Positions 18,087 through 28,717 of a stretch of 64,000 bases of DNA are shown here, piece after piece; within the stretch, counting starts at the first letter, position 1; the number at the start of each line of letters is the position of its first letter. The notes beneath the pieces are model-generated. The model worked only from the letters and a program-made list of their open reading frames with translations, was not told where the DNA came from and made no database searches. Position numbers and translations under genes: made by a program. Source of the DNA: Eubacteriales bacterium (lineage in GTDB: Bacteria; Bacillota; Clostridia; Oscillospirales; CAG-272); assembly GCA_045539995.1 (NCBI GenBank), contig JAZQGJ010000028.1, positions 4,171 to 68,170 on the forward strand, written 5' to 3'.

Positions 18087-18641
18087 ATGATAGACCTGCT
18101 CGAATTGCAAAAGCATTTTATTATGCAGCACGTAAAAGAGGGAGACACCGTAGTGGACTTCACTATGGGAAACGGCAATGATACTGCCTTTCTGTCACTT
18201 GCGGTAGGAGAAAACGGCAAGGTGTTTGCCTTTGATATTCAGGAGGACGCGCTGAAATCGACAGAAGCACGCCTTGAAAATCTCGGCGCGCCCAAAAATT
18301 ACACGCTCATTTGCGCTTCCCACCATTTAGTCAAGAATTACGTAAAAGAGCCTATCAAGGCGGGAATGTTTAATTTAGGCTATCTGCCCGGAAGTGGAAG
18401 AAAGAATATAACGACAATGAGAGAGACTACGATGCCTGCGGTTGAAAGCGCGCTTGAGCTGCTCTCCGACGACGGTATTCTGATGGTGGCTGTATATCCC
18501 GGTCACGAGGAGGGCGACTTGGAAGGGAAGATGCTCGCCGACTATTTTGCGACGCTCGAAAGAAGAAAGATATGCGCTTCAATGTTCAGAATAGTAAACT
18601 CACCGACGTCTCCTTATTTTTATATAATAGAAAAGAAATAA
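18087..18641 (+). CDS. SAM-dependent methyltransferase, YtqB / putative rRNA-methylase family
   Basis: 184 aa with the VVDFTMGNGNDTAFL motif and VAVYPGHEEG. Confidence 0.7.
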   Translation: MIDLLELQKHFIMQHVKEGDTVVDFTMGNGNDTAFLSLAVGENGKVFAFDIQEDALKSTEARLENLGAPKNYTLICASHHLVKNYVKEPIKAGMFNLGYLPGSGRKNITTMRETTMPAVESALELLSDDGILMVAVYPGHEEGDLEGKMLADYFATLERRKICASMFRIVNSPTSPYFYIIEKK

Positions 18642-18799
18642 ATTTTTGTGATTTGGTGAATAAATATTGACAATATATTAATTTTATGGTATCATAAGCA
18701 GGTATTGGTTGGGTGACGGCTGTATTTTGCCGCATAAATATACAAAGTGTAATTATGCTTGATTTGATACACAAAACTATTTTTCTAAAGGAGAACAAA

Positions 18800-20365
18800 A
18801 TGGGAAAATCAGAAATCATTATGCTGATCGCCATAGTGCTTTATATGGCGTTTATGATTGGCGTAGGAGTATTTTATTCAAAGAAAAATAATTCCACCGA
18901 CGACTTTTATCTCGGAGGAAGAAAATTAGGTCCTTTTGTTACCGCAATGAGCGCGGAGGCGTCGGACATGTCTGGCTGGTTGCTTATGGGATTGCCCGGT
19001 CTTGCTTATCTTTGCGGTACGGCAGAGGCTGCTTGGACTGCGATAGGTCTCGCTGTGGGTACGTATTTCAACTGGCTTATAGTCGCGAAGAGAATGCGCG
19101 TTTATTCTGCAAAAACAGGCTCTATCACCGTTCCCGATTTCTTTAAGGACCGTTACCGTGATAAAAGCAAGCTTTTGGTCACTATCTCGGCTATAGTTAT
19201 AATCGTATTCTTCGTTCCCTATACGGCGTCCGGCTTCAGCGCATGTGGAAAGCTTTTCTCGACACTTTTTGGCGCTGATTACCACGTTGCTATGATTTTA
19301 AGCGCGGCTATTATAATAGCCTACACAGTCATAGGAGGCTTCTTTGCGGCAAGCGTTACCGACCTTGTCCAGAGCGTTGTAATGTCTATCGCGCTTATCG
19401 TCGTGCTTTTGTTTGGAGTAAGTAAGGCTGGCGGCTTCGGCGCTGTTATAAACAACGCAACATCTATTTCCGATTACATAAGCCTTACGTCATTCAAAAA
19501 CCTCTTTACAGGCAACGTTTCCTCATACGGCTTTTTACCTATAGTTTCCACTCTCGCTTGGGGACTCGGATATTTCGGTATGCCTCATATACTCGTTCGC
19601 TTTATGGCAATTGAGGATGTCAGGAAGCTTAAGATTTCTCGCAGAGTAGGCACTGTATGGGTCGTCATTTCGATGTTCGTCGCTATCTTTATAGGAATCG
19701 TCGGCTTGGGAATGGTTGAAAGCGGCGCGCTCACCTCTCTTACAGAAGGATCGTCAAGCGCTACCGAGGCAGCCTCTAAATCCGAAACTATTATCGTCGC
19801 AATAGCTACCCTGCTCAGCAAAAACGGCATTTTAGCCGCATTTATCGGCGGTATTATAATAGCGGGAATTTTAGCCTCTACGATGTCTACTGCCGACTCT
19901 CAGCTTCTCGTTGCTTCTTCGAGCGTTTCCGAGAATATAGTAAAAGGGCATTTTGTTAAGCACATGTCGGCAAAAACACAGATGTGGATAGCGAGGGCGA
20001 CCGTCGCTGTTATAGCAGCTGTCGCTGTCCTTCTCGCTTGGAATCCTAACAGCTCTGTTTTCCGTATAGTATCATTTGCTTGGGCTGGCTTCGGCGCGGC
20101 CTTCGGCCCTGTAGTTATCGCATCGCTTTTCTGGCGCCGTTCGAATAAATGGGGCGCTCTTGCAGGTATGCTTTCGGGTGGAATAACGGTATTTGTATGG
20201 AAGTTCTTCATTCGTCCCTTAGGCGGCGCTTGGGATATCTATGAATTGCTTCCCGCATTTATCGTTTCCTGCATTTTCATAGTTGTCGTTTCCTTGCTTA
20301 CCGCAGCTCCCGAGAATGAAATCGGAGAAAGTTTTGACGAAGTGAAGGCTTCACTTGCGGAATAA
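18800..20365 (+). CDS. putP: Sodium:solute (proline) symporter, SSS family
   Basis: I moved the start to the ATG at 18800 (SD aaaggag). Contains YLGGRKLGPFVTAMSAEASDMSGWLLMGLPG and about 13 TM segments. Confidence 0.8.
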   Translation: MGKSEIIMLIAIVLYMAFMIGVGVFYSKKNNSTDDFYLGGRKLGPFVTAMSAEASDMSGWLLMGLPGLAYLCGTAEAAWTAIGLAVGTYFNWLIVAKRMRVYSAKTGSITVPDFFKDRYRDKSKLLVTISAIVIIVFFVPYTASGFSACGKLFSTLFGADYHVAMILSAAIIIAYTVIGGFFAASVTDLVQSVVMSIALIVVLLFGVSKAGGFGAVINNATSISDYISLTSFKNLFTGNVSSYGFLPIVSTLAWGLGYFGMPHILVRFMAIEDVRKLKISRRVGTVWVVISMFVAIFIGIVGLGMVESGALTSLTEGSSSATEAASKSETIIVAIATLLSKNGILAAFIGGIIIAGILASTMSTADSQLLVASSSVSENIVKGHFVKHMSAKTQMWIARATVAVIAAVAVLLAWNPNSSVFRIVSFAWAGFGAAFGPVVIASLFWRRSNKWGALAGMLSGGITVFVWKFFIRPLGGAWDIYELLPAFIVSCIFIVVVSLLTAAPENEIGESFDEVKASLAE

Positions 20366-20417
20366 TTAAAAAACTGAGCCGAGCTTGAAAATAATTTTCA
20401 AAAATGTTATCTTATAC

Positions 20418-20457
20418 AAAAACACTCGTTATCCAAAAGGACAGCGAGTGTTTTTTT
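20418..20457 (+). terminator. Rho-independent terminator after putP
   Basis: ACACTCG (20422-20428) pairs with CGAGTGT (20445-20451), followed by a T-run of about 6 to 20457. Confidence 0.75.
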
Positions 20458-20521
20458 GTGAACTGATTACAAGAGGCTGAGTTAAAAAATCAATTTTGAC
20501 TCAGCTTTTTTATTGTATAAA

Positions 20522-21358
20522 TCAAGCAAGAAAGCCTATGAACTTAAGGAAGTTAAAGAGCAGAGCGTTCCATTGACTTACGTGGTTCTGAAGCTCTACG
20601 GGATAGGCGTCTGCGTACTGGTTGCCGTGACCGAGTCCGAGACCGTGATCTCCTGCGGGGAAAACGTGCAATTCGACGGGTATTTTATGGCGACGCAGAG
20701 CGCTTGCGTACGAATAGCTGTTTATTACGTTTACCGCGCCGTCCGTCGCTGTATGCCATATAAACGCGCGAGGCGTTTTTTCGTCTGCTATCAGGTCGGG
20801 GGAGACGTTTTTCACAAAGTCAAGATTGTCCTTGCCCAAAAGGTTGATGGCAGAGCCCTCGTGTCTGATAGCCTCGTCCGAGAGATTAATTACGGGGTAG
20901 CAGAGAATTTGCAGGTTAGGTATGTAATCTTCGTTGTCTATTTCATCTACGCCCTCACAATCGATTTTGTCTCTGTAGGTCGAAACGAGCGCCGCGAGAT
21001 GACCTCCCGCCGACGAGCCCATAACTGCAATCTTCGAAGCGTCAATTCCGAATTTTTCCGAATAGTAACGGACAAAGCGAACAGCGCGTCTCGCGTCAAC
21101 GAGCTGCGCGGGGAAAATATTCGGGCTTACACGGTAATCAACTACGAATGCGTTGATTCCGTTTTCATTCAAAAATTGCGCGTAGCCCTTGCCCTCAAAT
21201 TCGGCTTTTCTCATATATCCGCCGCCTGCGAAAATTATAACGGCGCCGTTTGATTTTTTATCGCTCGCGGGATAAAAATAAATGAGCGTGGAATCCTCCT
21301 TTTCCTGAAAGAGACGGTATTCTGCTTGGTTTGCGTTAAATTCGTTAAGGCTTATCAT
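20522..21358 (-). CDS. Alpha/beta hydrolase (esterase/lipase, BD-FAE-like)
   Basis: 278 aa. VIIFAGGGY oxyanion region, nucleophile elbow AVMGSSAGGHLA, and C-terminal GDHGLG. Confidence 0.8.
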   Translation of the reverse strand: MISLNEFNANQAEYRLFQEKEDSTLIYFYPASDKKSNGAVIIFAGGGYMRKAEFEGKGYAQFLNENGINAFVVDYRVSPNIFPAQLVDARRAVRFVRYYSEKFGIDASKIAVMGSSAGGHLAALVSTYRDKIDCEGVDEIDNEDYIPNLQILCYPVINLSDEAIRHEGSAINLLGKDNLDFVKNVSPDLIADEKTPRAFIWHTATDGAVNVINSYSYASALRRHKIPVELHVFPAGDHGLGLGHGNQYADAYPVELQNHVSQWNALLFNFLKFIGFLA

Positions 21359-21427
21359 ATTTAATTTCCTTTCATTTTGTTTTGTGTATAAATGAGGAAA
21401 ACGGCTTGTTTTCCATATAAACTTATT

Positions 21428-22129
21428 TTAAGAGTTTTTCAGTGAGACGTCGGCTAAACGTATATAAAGCGAAGAAACAAAGTAGCCCGTAAGAAGTATA
21501 ATCAAAAGAAAAATATAATCGAAGGCGATACTCCACATCTCACTTTTGTAAATAACGCCGAGCTGCGCCGATACAAAGCTGACGGTGTATGAGATTTCCG
21601 CGATAAGCTCACGTAAAAACAAAGCGCCGCTTGAAGAAAGCGAGAACAGGGTAACGGCGGTGTCGGTCTTGAAAAACGCAAACATTTGTTTGCATTTTGA
21701 GCCTTTAATCAGATAGGAAACGGATAAAACCGCAAAAGAAACGAGACAAAGCAGAAAAACCGTTATGCATTCGGCGAGCGCGCCGAGCGCCGACGGTAAG
21801 AGAAAAATCAAGGAGTCAAAAAGGGAACCGTTTGAAAATACAAAAGAGAAGAAAATTCTTACAAGGTTGAAAATAAAGAAAGTAAATGTAAGAAAAACGG
21901 AAAACAAAAATTTTTTATGTAAGAGCATGACGCATATATACGAGCACCACATAAAATAGAGAGCGTAGCTCAAGGCCCTTGAAATATAATATATAGCGAG
22001 CATAAGAGCGCTTTCGCTCTGCTGCAAAAATTCAGTCGTAAGCGAAAATAGTAAAAGCGCGGATATAATTACGAGCGTCGGCGCTTGGAGAAATATGAGT
22101 GATTTTGAAAAAAGCTTCTTGTTATTCAT
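21428..22129 (-). CDS. Polytopic membrane protein, function unknown
   Basis: I moved the start to the ATG at 22129 (SD ggag 6 nt upstream). About 6 hydrophobic segments and no recognisable motif. Confidence 0.6.
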   Translation of the reverse strand: MNNKKLFSKSLIFLQAPTLVIISALLLFSLTTEFLQQSESALMLAIYYISRALSYALYFMWCSYICVMLLHKKFLFSVFLTFTFFIFNLVRIFFSFVFSNGSLFDSLIFLLPSALGALAECITVFLLCLVSFAVLSVSYLIKGSKCKQMFAFFKTDTAVTLFSLSSSGALFLRELIAEISYTVSFVSAQLGVIYKSEMWSIAFDYIFLLIILLTGYFVSSLYIRLADVSLKNS

Positions 22130-22277
22130 AAAGGTCTCCAAAATGAACTTTTTTATATTTTATCATATTCTAAAGCCGAAAACAAGACCTAACATAAACT
22201 TTAAGTGACTTTTTTGCATAGATTTTTCTTTTAGCGAATAAATTTGTATTATACTGACGTAAAGGCGGAAAATCGGC

Positions 22278-23204
22278 TTGAATGAATTTGATTACGTATC
22301 TTATTTAAAGGAAAACGAAAATTCTCTGACATATGAAAAAATGAATGAGTACATAAGGTCTCTTGTGTTCCATAATCCTATTTTAAGGACGGGAGTTATG
22401 GGGAAAAGCATTTTAGGAAAGAGCCTTGACGTGCTGACGCTCGGAGAAGGGAAAAGAACCTATATTTTTGTCGCTTCTCATCACGCAATGGAATGGATAA
22501 CGTCCCTCATTCTGCTTCGCTTTATAGGAGAGCTTTGCGAGAGGGCGTCGAAAAGAGAGCAAGAATTCGGCGTCGATTTATCCCGCGCGCTTGCAAACGC
22601 GAGATTCGTTTTTGTGCCGATGCTGAATCCCGACGGAGTCGATTTGCAGATAAGGGGCATAGAGGCAGGCGGAATTTTAAGCGAAAGACTGCGGAAAATG
22701 AACGGGGGCGATGACTTTTCACACTGGCAGGCAAATGCGAGAGGCGTGGATTTAAACCACAACTACGACTCGGGCTTTGACGAATATAAAAAGCTGGAGG
22801 CAGAATACGGAATAAACGGTGGCGCGCCCACTCGCTTCAGTGGAGAATATCCCGAGTCAGAGCCTGAATGCCGCGCGATGTGTAATCTGATACGCGCGCT
22901 TTCCCCCGACGTAATCTATACCTTTCATACGCAGGGAGAGGAAATTTTCTATACGAGCGGCGACTGCGTCCTTGATGAGAGCTTAAGAATAGGGAAATTA
23001 CTGTCCGAAAAAAGCGGATACGCTCTCTCGCGTCCCGAAGGACTTGCTTCATACGGTGGACTTACCGACTGGGCGCTAACGAAAATGAAGATACCCTCAT
23101 TTACCATAGAATGTGGGCTGGGGAAAAATCCGTTGCCCCCAAGCGACGCTGATAAAATATACGAAAAAATAAGGGAAATGCTTTTTATTTCTCTTACGCT
23201 ATAA
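22278..23204 (+). CDS. M14 zinc carboxypeptidase family (gamma-D-glutamyl-diamino-acid endopeptidase-like)
   Basis: 308 aa. HHAMEWITS (HxxE zinc site), VPMLNPDGV, DLNHNY. The start is a TTG. Confidence 0.75.
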   Translation: MNEFDYVSYLKENENSLTYEKMNEYIRSLVFHNPILRTGVMGKSILGKSLDVLTLGEGKRTYIFVASHHAMEWITSLILLRFIGELCERASKREQEFGVDLSRALANARFVFVPMLNPDGVDLQIRGIEAGGILSERLRKMNGGDDFSHWQANARGVDLNHNYDSGFDEYKKLEAEYGINGGAPTRFSGEYPESEPECRAMCNLIRALSPDVIYTFHTQGEEIFYTSGDCVLDESLRIGKLLSEKSGYALSRPEGLASYGGLTDWALTKMKIPSFTIECGLGKNPLPPSDADKIYEKIREMLFISLTL

Positions 23205-23224
23205 TAGAACTTGAGAGGTGCGCT

Positions 23225-23527
23225 ATGAAGGATTGCAATACTGAAAATTTCAGAGAAAAGGCTGTTGTAAATGCATGTGACGGGAAAATAATCGGACACG
23301 TGGCAGAGGTCGTTTTTGACGTTTGCGACGGAAAAATAACCGCCATAGTAGTAAGAGAGGATTGCGGAGTGCTTTCCTTTAAAAAAAGCGAGGATATTAT
23401 CATTCCCTGGTGTAAAATAACCAAGATAGGCGAGGACGTCATAATAGTCAACGCAGAGGACTGCTTCCCCCGCGCTAAATGCGGAAAAAAGGACAAGGAT
23501 AAGGAGATTGGTAACTGTAGCTGCTAA
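23225..23527 (+). CDS. ylmC: YlmC/YmxH-family sporulation protein (PRC-barrel)
   Basis: 100 aa. Contains VVNACDGKIIGHVAEVVFDVCDGKITAIVV and IIPWCKITKIGEDVIIV. Confidence 0.8.
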   Translation: MKDCNTENFREKAVVNACDGKIIGHVAEVVFDVCDGKITAIVVREDCGVLSFKKSEDIIIPWCKITKIGEDVIIVNAEDCFPRAKCGKKDKDKEIGNCSC

Positions 23528-23564
23528 GACAATTGTAAATTTATTGTGAACTTCGAAAAAGTTC

Positions 23565-23593
23565 TTGCTATTTTACAATAAATGTGGTATTAT
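23565..23593 (+). promoter_or_regulatory. SigmaA-type promoter for rpsB-tsf
   Basis: TTGCTA (23565-23570), a 17-nt spacer, then TATTAT (23588-23593) with an extended TGg. It leaves a leader of about 120 nt. Confidence 0.55.
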
Positions 23594-23718
23594 CTCTTTA
23601 TCTGCCAAAAAGCAGAAAAATAAATCTCACATAATGTGTGTGTGCCGTCGGTGCTTCGTATGAGGTAGCGGCACTGTATCGCATTGTGGCGGAACAACCA
23701 AACAAGGAGGAACAAAAA

Positions 23719-24489
23719 ATGTTCGTAGTATCCATCAAGCAGTTGCTTGAAGCAGGTGTTCATTTCGGACACCCCACAAAGAAGTGGAATCCTAAAATGG
23801 ATGAATACATTTTCACCATGAGAAACGGTATCCACATCATCGACCTTCAGAAGACGGTTAAGAAATTCGAGGAGGCTTACACGTTTGTACGTAACATCTC
23901 CGAGGAGGGCGGCACAGTTCTTTTCGTAGGTACAAAGAAGCAGGCTGCCGACACCATTAAGGAAGAGGCTCTCAAATGCGGAATGTACTATGTAAACGTA
24001 CGTTGGCCCGGCGGTATGCTCACAAACTTCAAGACTATAAGAAAGAGCATCAACCGTTTGAAGGAGCTCCAGAGAATGGAGGCAGACGGAACCTTTAATT
24101 TACTTCCCAAGAAGGAGGTTTCCAAGCTCGTTAAGGAGATGGAGGACCTCGATAAGAACTACGGCGGTATCAAGGAAATGGAAACTCTTCCTTCCGCATT
24201 GTTCGTAGTTGATACACGCAAGGAGAGAATTGCGGTTCTTGAGGCGAAGAAGCTTGGTATTCCCGTAATCGCTATCGTAGATACAAACTGCGATCCCGAC
24301 GATGCGGATTATATCATTCCCGGTAACGACGACGCTATCCGCGCAATTAAGCTTATAGGCGGCGCGTTGGCTGACGCTGTTATCGAGGGCAGAGGTGGCG
24401 AACAGCTCACAGACGCTCCCGCAGCAGAGGAAACCGTTGCTGAAGAGGCTGCAGAAGCAGAGGTAGCTACTGACGAGGCTGCTGAGTAA
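23719..24489 (+). CDS. rpsB: 30S ribosomal protein S2
   Basis: I moved the start to the ATG at 23719 (SD aaggagg). Contains [19 protein letters not shown]. Confidence 0.97.
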   Translation: MFVVSIKQLLEAGVHFGHPTKKWNPKMDEYIFTMRNGIHIIDLQKTVKKFEEAYTFVRNISEEGGTVLFVGTKKQAADTIKEEALKCGMYYVNVRWPGGMLTNFKTIRKSINRLKELQRMEADGTFNLLPKKEVSKLVKEMEDLDKNYGGIKEMETLPSALFVVDTRKERIAVLEAKKLGIPVIAIVDTNCDPDDADYIIPGNDDAIRAIKLIGGALADAVIEGRGGEQLTDAPAAEETVAEEAAEAEVATDEAAE

Positions 24490-24531
24490 TCAGAGCTCTC
24501 TATAAAATAAAATATAAGGAGAATTAAATAT

Positions 24532-25449
24532 ATGGCATTCACAGCAAAAGACGTAGCCGAGCTCAGAAGACAGACCGGTTGCGGTATGATGGACTGCAAA
24601 AATGCGCTTGTTGCCGCTGACGGCAATTTTGAAGAGGCTATAAAGGTTCTTCGTGAAAAGGGTATGGCTGCTACAGCGAAGAAGGCGAGCAGAATTGCCG
24701 CTGAGGGCGTAGTTGCTATTCTTACGGAAAATAATGCTACCGCTATGGTAGAGGTTAACTCCGAGACAGACTTCGTTGCTAAAAACGAAAGCTTCCAGGC
24801 ATTCGTAAAGGATATTCTTAAGGCTATTCTGGCTAACCGTCCCGCAGACGTTGACGCTCTTATGGGCAACAAGATAAACGCAGAGCAGACGGTTAAAGAG
24901 GCTCTTGAGGAAAAGACCTTCACAATCGGCGAAAAGCTCAGCATCAGACGCTTTGTTATCGTTGACGGTATCGTAAGCACATACGTTCACGGTATCGGCG
25001 CTACAGGCGTTATCATTAAATTTGAGACAGACGAAAAGACGGCGGCTACCGCTGAATTCGCAGAGTTTTCAAAGAATATCGCTCTTCAGGCAGCGGCAAT
25101 GCCCAGCCTTTATCTCGACAAGGCGTCTGTTCCCGCAGCTGCTATCGAGGAAGAGAAGGAAATTCTCACAAAGCAGATGGAGCAGGATCCCAAGTTTGCA
25201 GGCAAGCCTCAGAAGGTTCTTGAGGGCATCGTTGCAGGTAAGCTCGGTAAGTTCTATGAAACAAACTGCTTGATGGAGCAGGCTTACGTTAAGGATGACT
25301 CTATGACAGTAGCTAAATACGTTGCAGCTACCGCTAAAGAGCTTGGCGCAGACATTAAGGTTCTTGCCTTCTACCGTTACGATAAGGGCGAAGGAATCCA
25401 GAAGCGCGAAGAGAACTTTGCAGAAGAGATAGCAAAGCTCGTAAAATAA
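24532..25449 (+). CDS. tsf: Elongation factor Ts
   Basis: 305 aa with VAELRRQTGCGMMDCKNAL. Confidence 0.97.
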   Translation: MAFTAKDVAELRRQTGCGMMDCKNALVAADGNFEEAIKVLREKGMAATAKKASRIAAEGVVAILTENNATAMVEVNSETDFVAKNESFQAFVKDILKAILANRPADVDALMGNKINAEQTVKEALEEKTFTIGEKLSIRRFVIVDGIVSTYVHGIGATGVIIKFETDEKTAATAEFAEFSKNIALQAAAMPSLYLDKASVPAAAIEEEKEILTKQMEQDPKFAGKPQKVLEGIVAGKLGKFYETNCLMEQAYVKDDSMTVAKYVAATAKELGADIKVLAFYRYDKGEGIQKREENFAEEIAKLVK

Positions 25450-25488
25450 GCTTTTATCCTCGTAAGAGGACGGACTCGATAAAAATCG

Positions 25489-25518
25489 GCAGAGGGTATT
25501 GCCCCTCTGCAGATTTTG
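25489..25518 (+). terminator. Rho-independent terminator after tsf
   Basis: GCAGAGGG (25489-25496) pairs with CCCTCTGC, followed by AGATTTTGTG. Confidence 0.7.
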
Positions 25519-25717
25519 TGTTATAATAAAAAAGACAAAAGGAAAAACAAAAAAAATAAAGTAAAGCGATTATTTTAAGAATAATTGTTAATTATAATAA
25601 TTTTTGATAATTTTTTCTAAAAAGTGTTTACAAAATCCACTTTTTGAAGTAAAATAGTAATTGTAATATCATAAATATATGAAAGGAATTTTCCGATAGC
25701 GGAAATGCAGTTGAAGT

Positions 25718-26440
25718 ATGGAAAATACGGCCCCCAAATATAAGAGGATATTGTTGAAGCTTTCAGGTGAAGCGCTCGCCGCAGGCACGAATGAACTGAT
25801 TGACGATAATTTCGTGCACGAAATAGCCACAGTCGTAAAAAAATGCCTGTCAAAAGGCGTTGAGATAGGAATAATAGTGGGCGCGGGAAATATATGGAGA
25901 GGCAGACAGGGAAAAAATATGGACCCTGTAAGAGCCGATCATATGGGAATGCTTGCGACCTCTATAAACGCCCTTGCCTTGCAGGATGCTTTTGAGAGAG
26001 ACGGAATCGACGCGAGAGTTATGACGTCCTTTGATATAAAGGCGGCGGCAGAGCCCTACATAAGAGACAAGGCCGTTTCGCATCTCAGAAAGGGCAGAGT
26101 CGTTATATTCGGCTGCGGACTCGGTTCACCTTTCTTTTCGACAGATACGGCGGCAGCGTTAAGAGCCGCAGAGATAGGAGCCGACGTAATTCTTATGGCG
26201 AAGAACATAGACGGCATTTATACGGCAGATCCCAATCTGGACAAAACCGCGAAGAAGCTTGATTTTATAAACTACAGAGATATTCTTTCGGGAGGCCTCA
26301 AGGCGATAGACTCTACTGCTACCGCACTTTGTATGGACAGAAACATACCGATACTCGTATTCGGACTTGATCGCGCGGAAAACATATATAGCGCTGTAAT
26401 GGGCGAGAAGCTCGGAACAGTCGTAAGCAACGCACAATAA
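25718..26440 (+). CDS. pyrH: UMP kinase
   Basis: 240 aa with YKRILLKLSGEAL and IVGAGNIWRG. Confidence 0.95.
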   Translation: MENTAPKYKRILLKLSGEALAAGTNELIDDNFVHEIATVVKKCLSKGVEIGIIVGAGNIWRGRQGKNMDPVRADHMGMLATSINALALQDAFERDGIDARVMTSFDIKAAAEPYIRDKAVSHLRKGRVVIFGCGLGSPFFSTDTAAALRAAEIGADVILMAKNIDGIYTADPNLDKTAKKLDFINYRDILSGGLKAIDSTATALCMDRNIPILVFGLDRAENIYSAVMGEKLGTVVSNAQ

Positions 26441-26476
26441 AAAACAAAGTAAAACTAACATAAAGGAGAAGTTATT

Positions 26477-27031
26477 ATGAAGCTTGAGCTTAAGGATTAT
26501 GAAAACAAAATGAAAAAGAGCATTGACTCTTACGTGCAGTCGCTTTCATCTATGAGAGCAGGAAGAGCTACTCCCGACGTGCTTTCCAAGATTACCGTGG
26601 ATTATTACGGCTCGCCTACAGCGATAAATCAGATGGCAGAGGTTAAGGTAACAGATGCGAGAACTCTCGTTATTTCACCTTGGGATTCCTCTACTATGAA
26701 GAATATGGAGAAGGCTATTTTGGCGTCAGATCTCGGAATTACTCCCCAGAATGACGGTAAGGTAATACGCCTTGTATTTCCTCAGCTCACAGAGGAGAGA
26801 CGTAAGGAGATGGCAAAGCAGATATCCAAGATGGGCGAGGACGCAAAGGTCGCTATCCGTAACATTCGACGTGACGCAAACGACGCTATAAAGGCGGCAA
26901 AGAAGAACAGCGAGATGACAGAGGACGAGGCTAAGGCGAGCGACAAGGCAACACAGGACTTGACAGATAAGTATATCAAGGAAATAGATAACATAACTTC
27001 GGCAAAGAATAAAGAAATTATGGAGATATAA
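26477..27031 (+). CDS. frr: Ribosome recycling factor
   Basis: 184 aa with MRAGRATPDVL and IRNIRRDAND. Confidence 0.95.
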   Translation: MKLELKDYENKMKKSIDSYVQSLSSMRAGRATPDVLSKITVDYYGSPTAINQMAEVKVTDARTLVISPWDSSTMKNMEKAILASDLGITPQNDGKVIRLVFPQLTEERRKEMAKQISKMGEDAKVAIRNIRRDANDAIKAAKKNSEMTEDEAKASDKATQDLTDKYIKEIDNITSAKNKEIMEI

Positions 27032-27041
27032 GCTATAGCTT

Positions 27042-27758
27042 ATGATATTCAAAAGGAAAAAGAAAGTCGCCGTAAATGAGGATAAAAAGCTATCTCACAT
27101 AGCTTTTATTATGGACGGCAACGGCAGATGGGCGAAAAAAAGAGGCCTTAAGCGCGAATACGGTCACGTAAAGGGCGCTGAAAATTTTCAGAGAGTGGTG
27201 AGACATTGCGGCGATATCGGCATAAATACTGTTACAGTCTATGCCTTTTCGACAGAAAACTGGAACAGACCTGAATTTGAGGTCGAGCAGCTGATGAAGC
27301 TTCTCTCCCAGTATATTGACAGCGCGATAGCCGAGCTTGACGAAAACAGAATACGCTTCATTTTCTTGGGCGGCAGGGAGAAGCTTTCGCCAGAGCTTCG
27401 CGAAAAGATGGATAAGCTTGAAAAGCTTTCCGAAAAATATCCTCTGACACTCAATATAGCGCTTAATTACGGCGGCAGAGATGAAATAGTACACGCCTGC
27501 AACGCGTTAATAAAAGAGGGAAAAACCGAGATAAGCGAGCAGGATATTTCTTCTCACCTTTATACAAGGAACAGCCCCGACCCCGACCTCGTGGTAAGAA
27601 CAGGCGGCGATTTTCGCATCTCCAATTTTCTTTTATGGCAGTCTGCATATGCCGAATACCACTTTACAAAGACTTTGTGGCCAGACCTTTCAGACAGCGA
27701 GCTTGACTCTATTGTTGCCGAGTTCTGCACACGACACCGTCGCTTCGGCGGACTTTGA
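27042..27758 (+). CDS. uppS: Undecaprenyl diphosphate synthase (isoprenyl transferase)
   Basis: 238 aa with HIAFIMDGNGRWAKKRG and RISNFLLWQSAYAE. Confidence 0.95.
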   Translation: MIFKRKKKVAVNEDKKLSHIAFIMDGNGRWAKKRGLKREYGHVKGAENFQRVVRHCGDIGINTVTVYAFSTENWNRPEFEVEQLMKLLSQYIDSAIAELDENRIRFIFLGGREKLSPELREKMDKLEKLSEKYPLTLNIALNYGGRDEIVHACNALIKEGKTEISEQDISSHLYTRNSPDPDLVVRTGGDFRISNFLLWQSAYAEYHFTKTLWPDLSDSELDSIVAEFCTRHRRFGGL

Positions 27759-27780
27759 TGTACCTTAGAGGTATTTTAAT

Positions 27781-28611
27781 ATGAAAACAAGAATAATTAC
27801 GGCGCTTGTACTGTTAAGCGTTTTTGTCCCCGTGCTTATTTTTTCACATACGGTCATTTTCCCTATCGTTATTTCAATAGTGTCGCTTTTTGCGACCTTT
27901 GAATATTTGAAGTGTCTGGGACACGAGAAGGATTACGCGCTTTGCGTGCCTGCGTTTGTTATCTCGCTTGCCCTGCCACTTGCATCGCATTTTAAAAATG
28001 ACAGTGGCTTTCTGCTTATAACGGCGGCAGTATTTGCCTTATACCTCTTTTATTTGTTTGCCTACGCAGTCTTTAAAAGAGGCAGGTTGCCCTTTTTTGC
28101 CGTATCCTCGACCTTTACGGGAATATTTTATATTATAGGGGCAATGGTGTGCGTTGTATTGCTCAGAAGAAGCGAGGGCGGAGAGTATCTTTATCTGCTC
28201 GTCTTCATTTCAGCCTGGGTTACCGACACCTTCGCCTACTTTACAGGCAGATTTTTCGGCTCTCATAAGCTGATAGAGGAGATAAGCCCCAAAAAGACGG
28301 TAGAGGGAAGCATAGGCGGAAGCCTCTTCTGCATTTTTTCGTACCTCATATTTGGCTTTGCGGTAGGCAGAATTTACAGTATTACGCCAAACTATCCTGC
28401 GCTTGCGCTTTCTGCTTTGGTGGTCTCGCTTGTCGCGCAGATAGGAGACTTGATTTTTTCACTTATAAAAAGGGAACACGGTATAAAGGATTACGGAAAA
28501 ATCTTTCCCGGACACGGAGGAATGCTTGATCGCATAGACTCTATAATTCCCGTCTCTTTTATGCTCTACATCCTCGTTTCGATGGGCGGGGAGTTTTCCT
28601 TCTTCGCTTAA
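27781..28611 (+). CDS. cdsA: Phosphatidate cytidylyltransferase
   Basis: 276 aa with SLIKREHGIKDYGKIFPGHGGMLDRIDS. Confidence 0.93.
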   Translation: MKTRIITALVLLSVFVPVLIFSHTVIFPIVISIVSLFATFEYLKCLGHEKDYALCVPAFVISLALPLASHFKNDSGFLLITAAVFALYLFYLFAYAVFKRGRLPFFAVSSTFTGIFYIIGAMVCVVLLRRSEGGEYLYLLVFISAWVTDTFAYFTGRFFGSHKLIEEISPKKTVEGSIGGSLFCIFSYLIFGFAVGRIYSITPNYPALALSALVVSLVAQIGDLIFSLIKREHGIKDYGKIFPGHGGMLDRIDSIIPVSFMLYILVSMGGEFSFFA

Positions 28612-28717
28612 TAAAATAGACAAGGGCTGTCTTAAAGCAAATTCGCATTTTCTCTTTTGAGTTTTTTTGTGTGCGATTTTTCAATGCGGACAGCCTTCTT
28701 TCTTCAAAGGAGGAAAT

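Noticed and set aside
18642-18799. Possible riboswitch or T-box in the putP leader (AAGCA...TGCTT outer pairing)
   Set aside because: It is too short for a T-box and no conserved riboswitch core motif is recognisable. The pairings are short (4-5 bp) and AT-rich.
18713-18799. N-terminally extended starts in the ORF track (18713 putP, and likewise 23638 rpsB, 28667 dxr, 16304 rqcH, 38830 ABC, 46650 dut, 53380 permease, 55664 DUF4830)
   Set aside because: The extensions lack SD sequences and add non-homologous residues. An internal ATG with a canonical SD 5-9 nt upstream matches the known protein N-terminus in each case.
20513-21253. 246-aa ORF on the plus strand
   Set aside because: It is antisense to the alpha/beta hydrolase, which has clear catalytic motifs (GSSAGGH). 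The plus-strand frame has no motif and begins inside a terminator region.
24309-24980. 223-aa and 166-aa ORFs on the minus strand across rpsB and tsf
   Set aside because: They are antisense to two universally conserved genes and span their intergenic region. The translation is Ser/Ala-rich and low-complexity. They are shadow ORFs.
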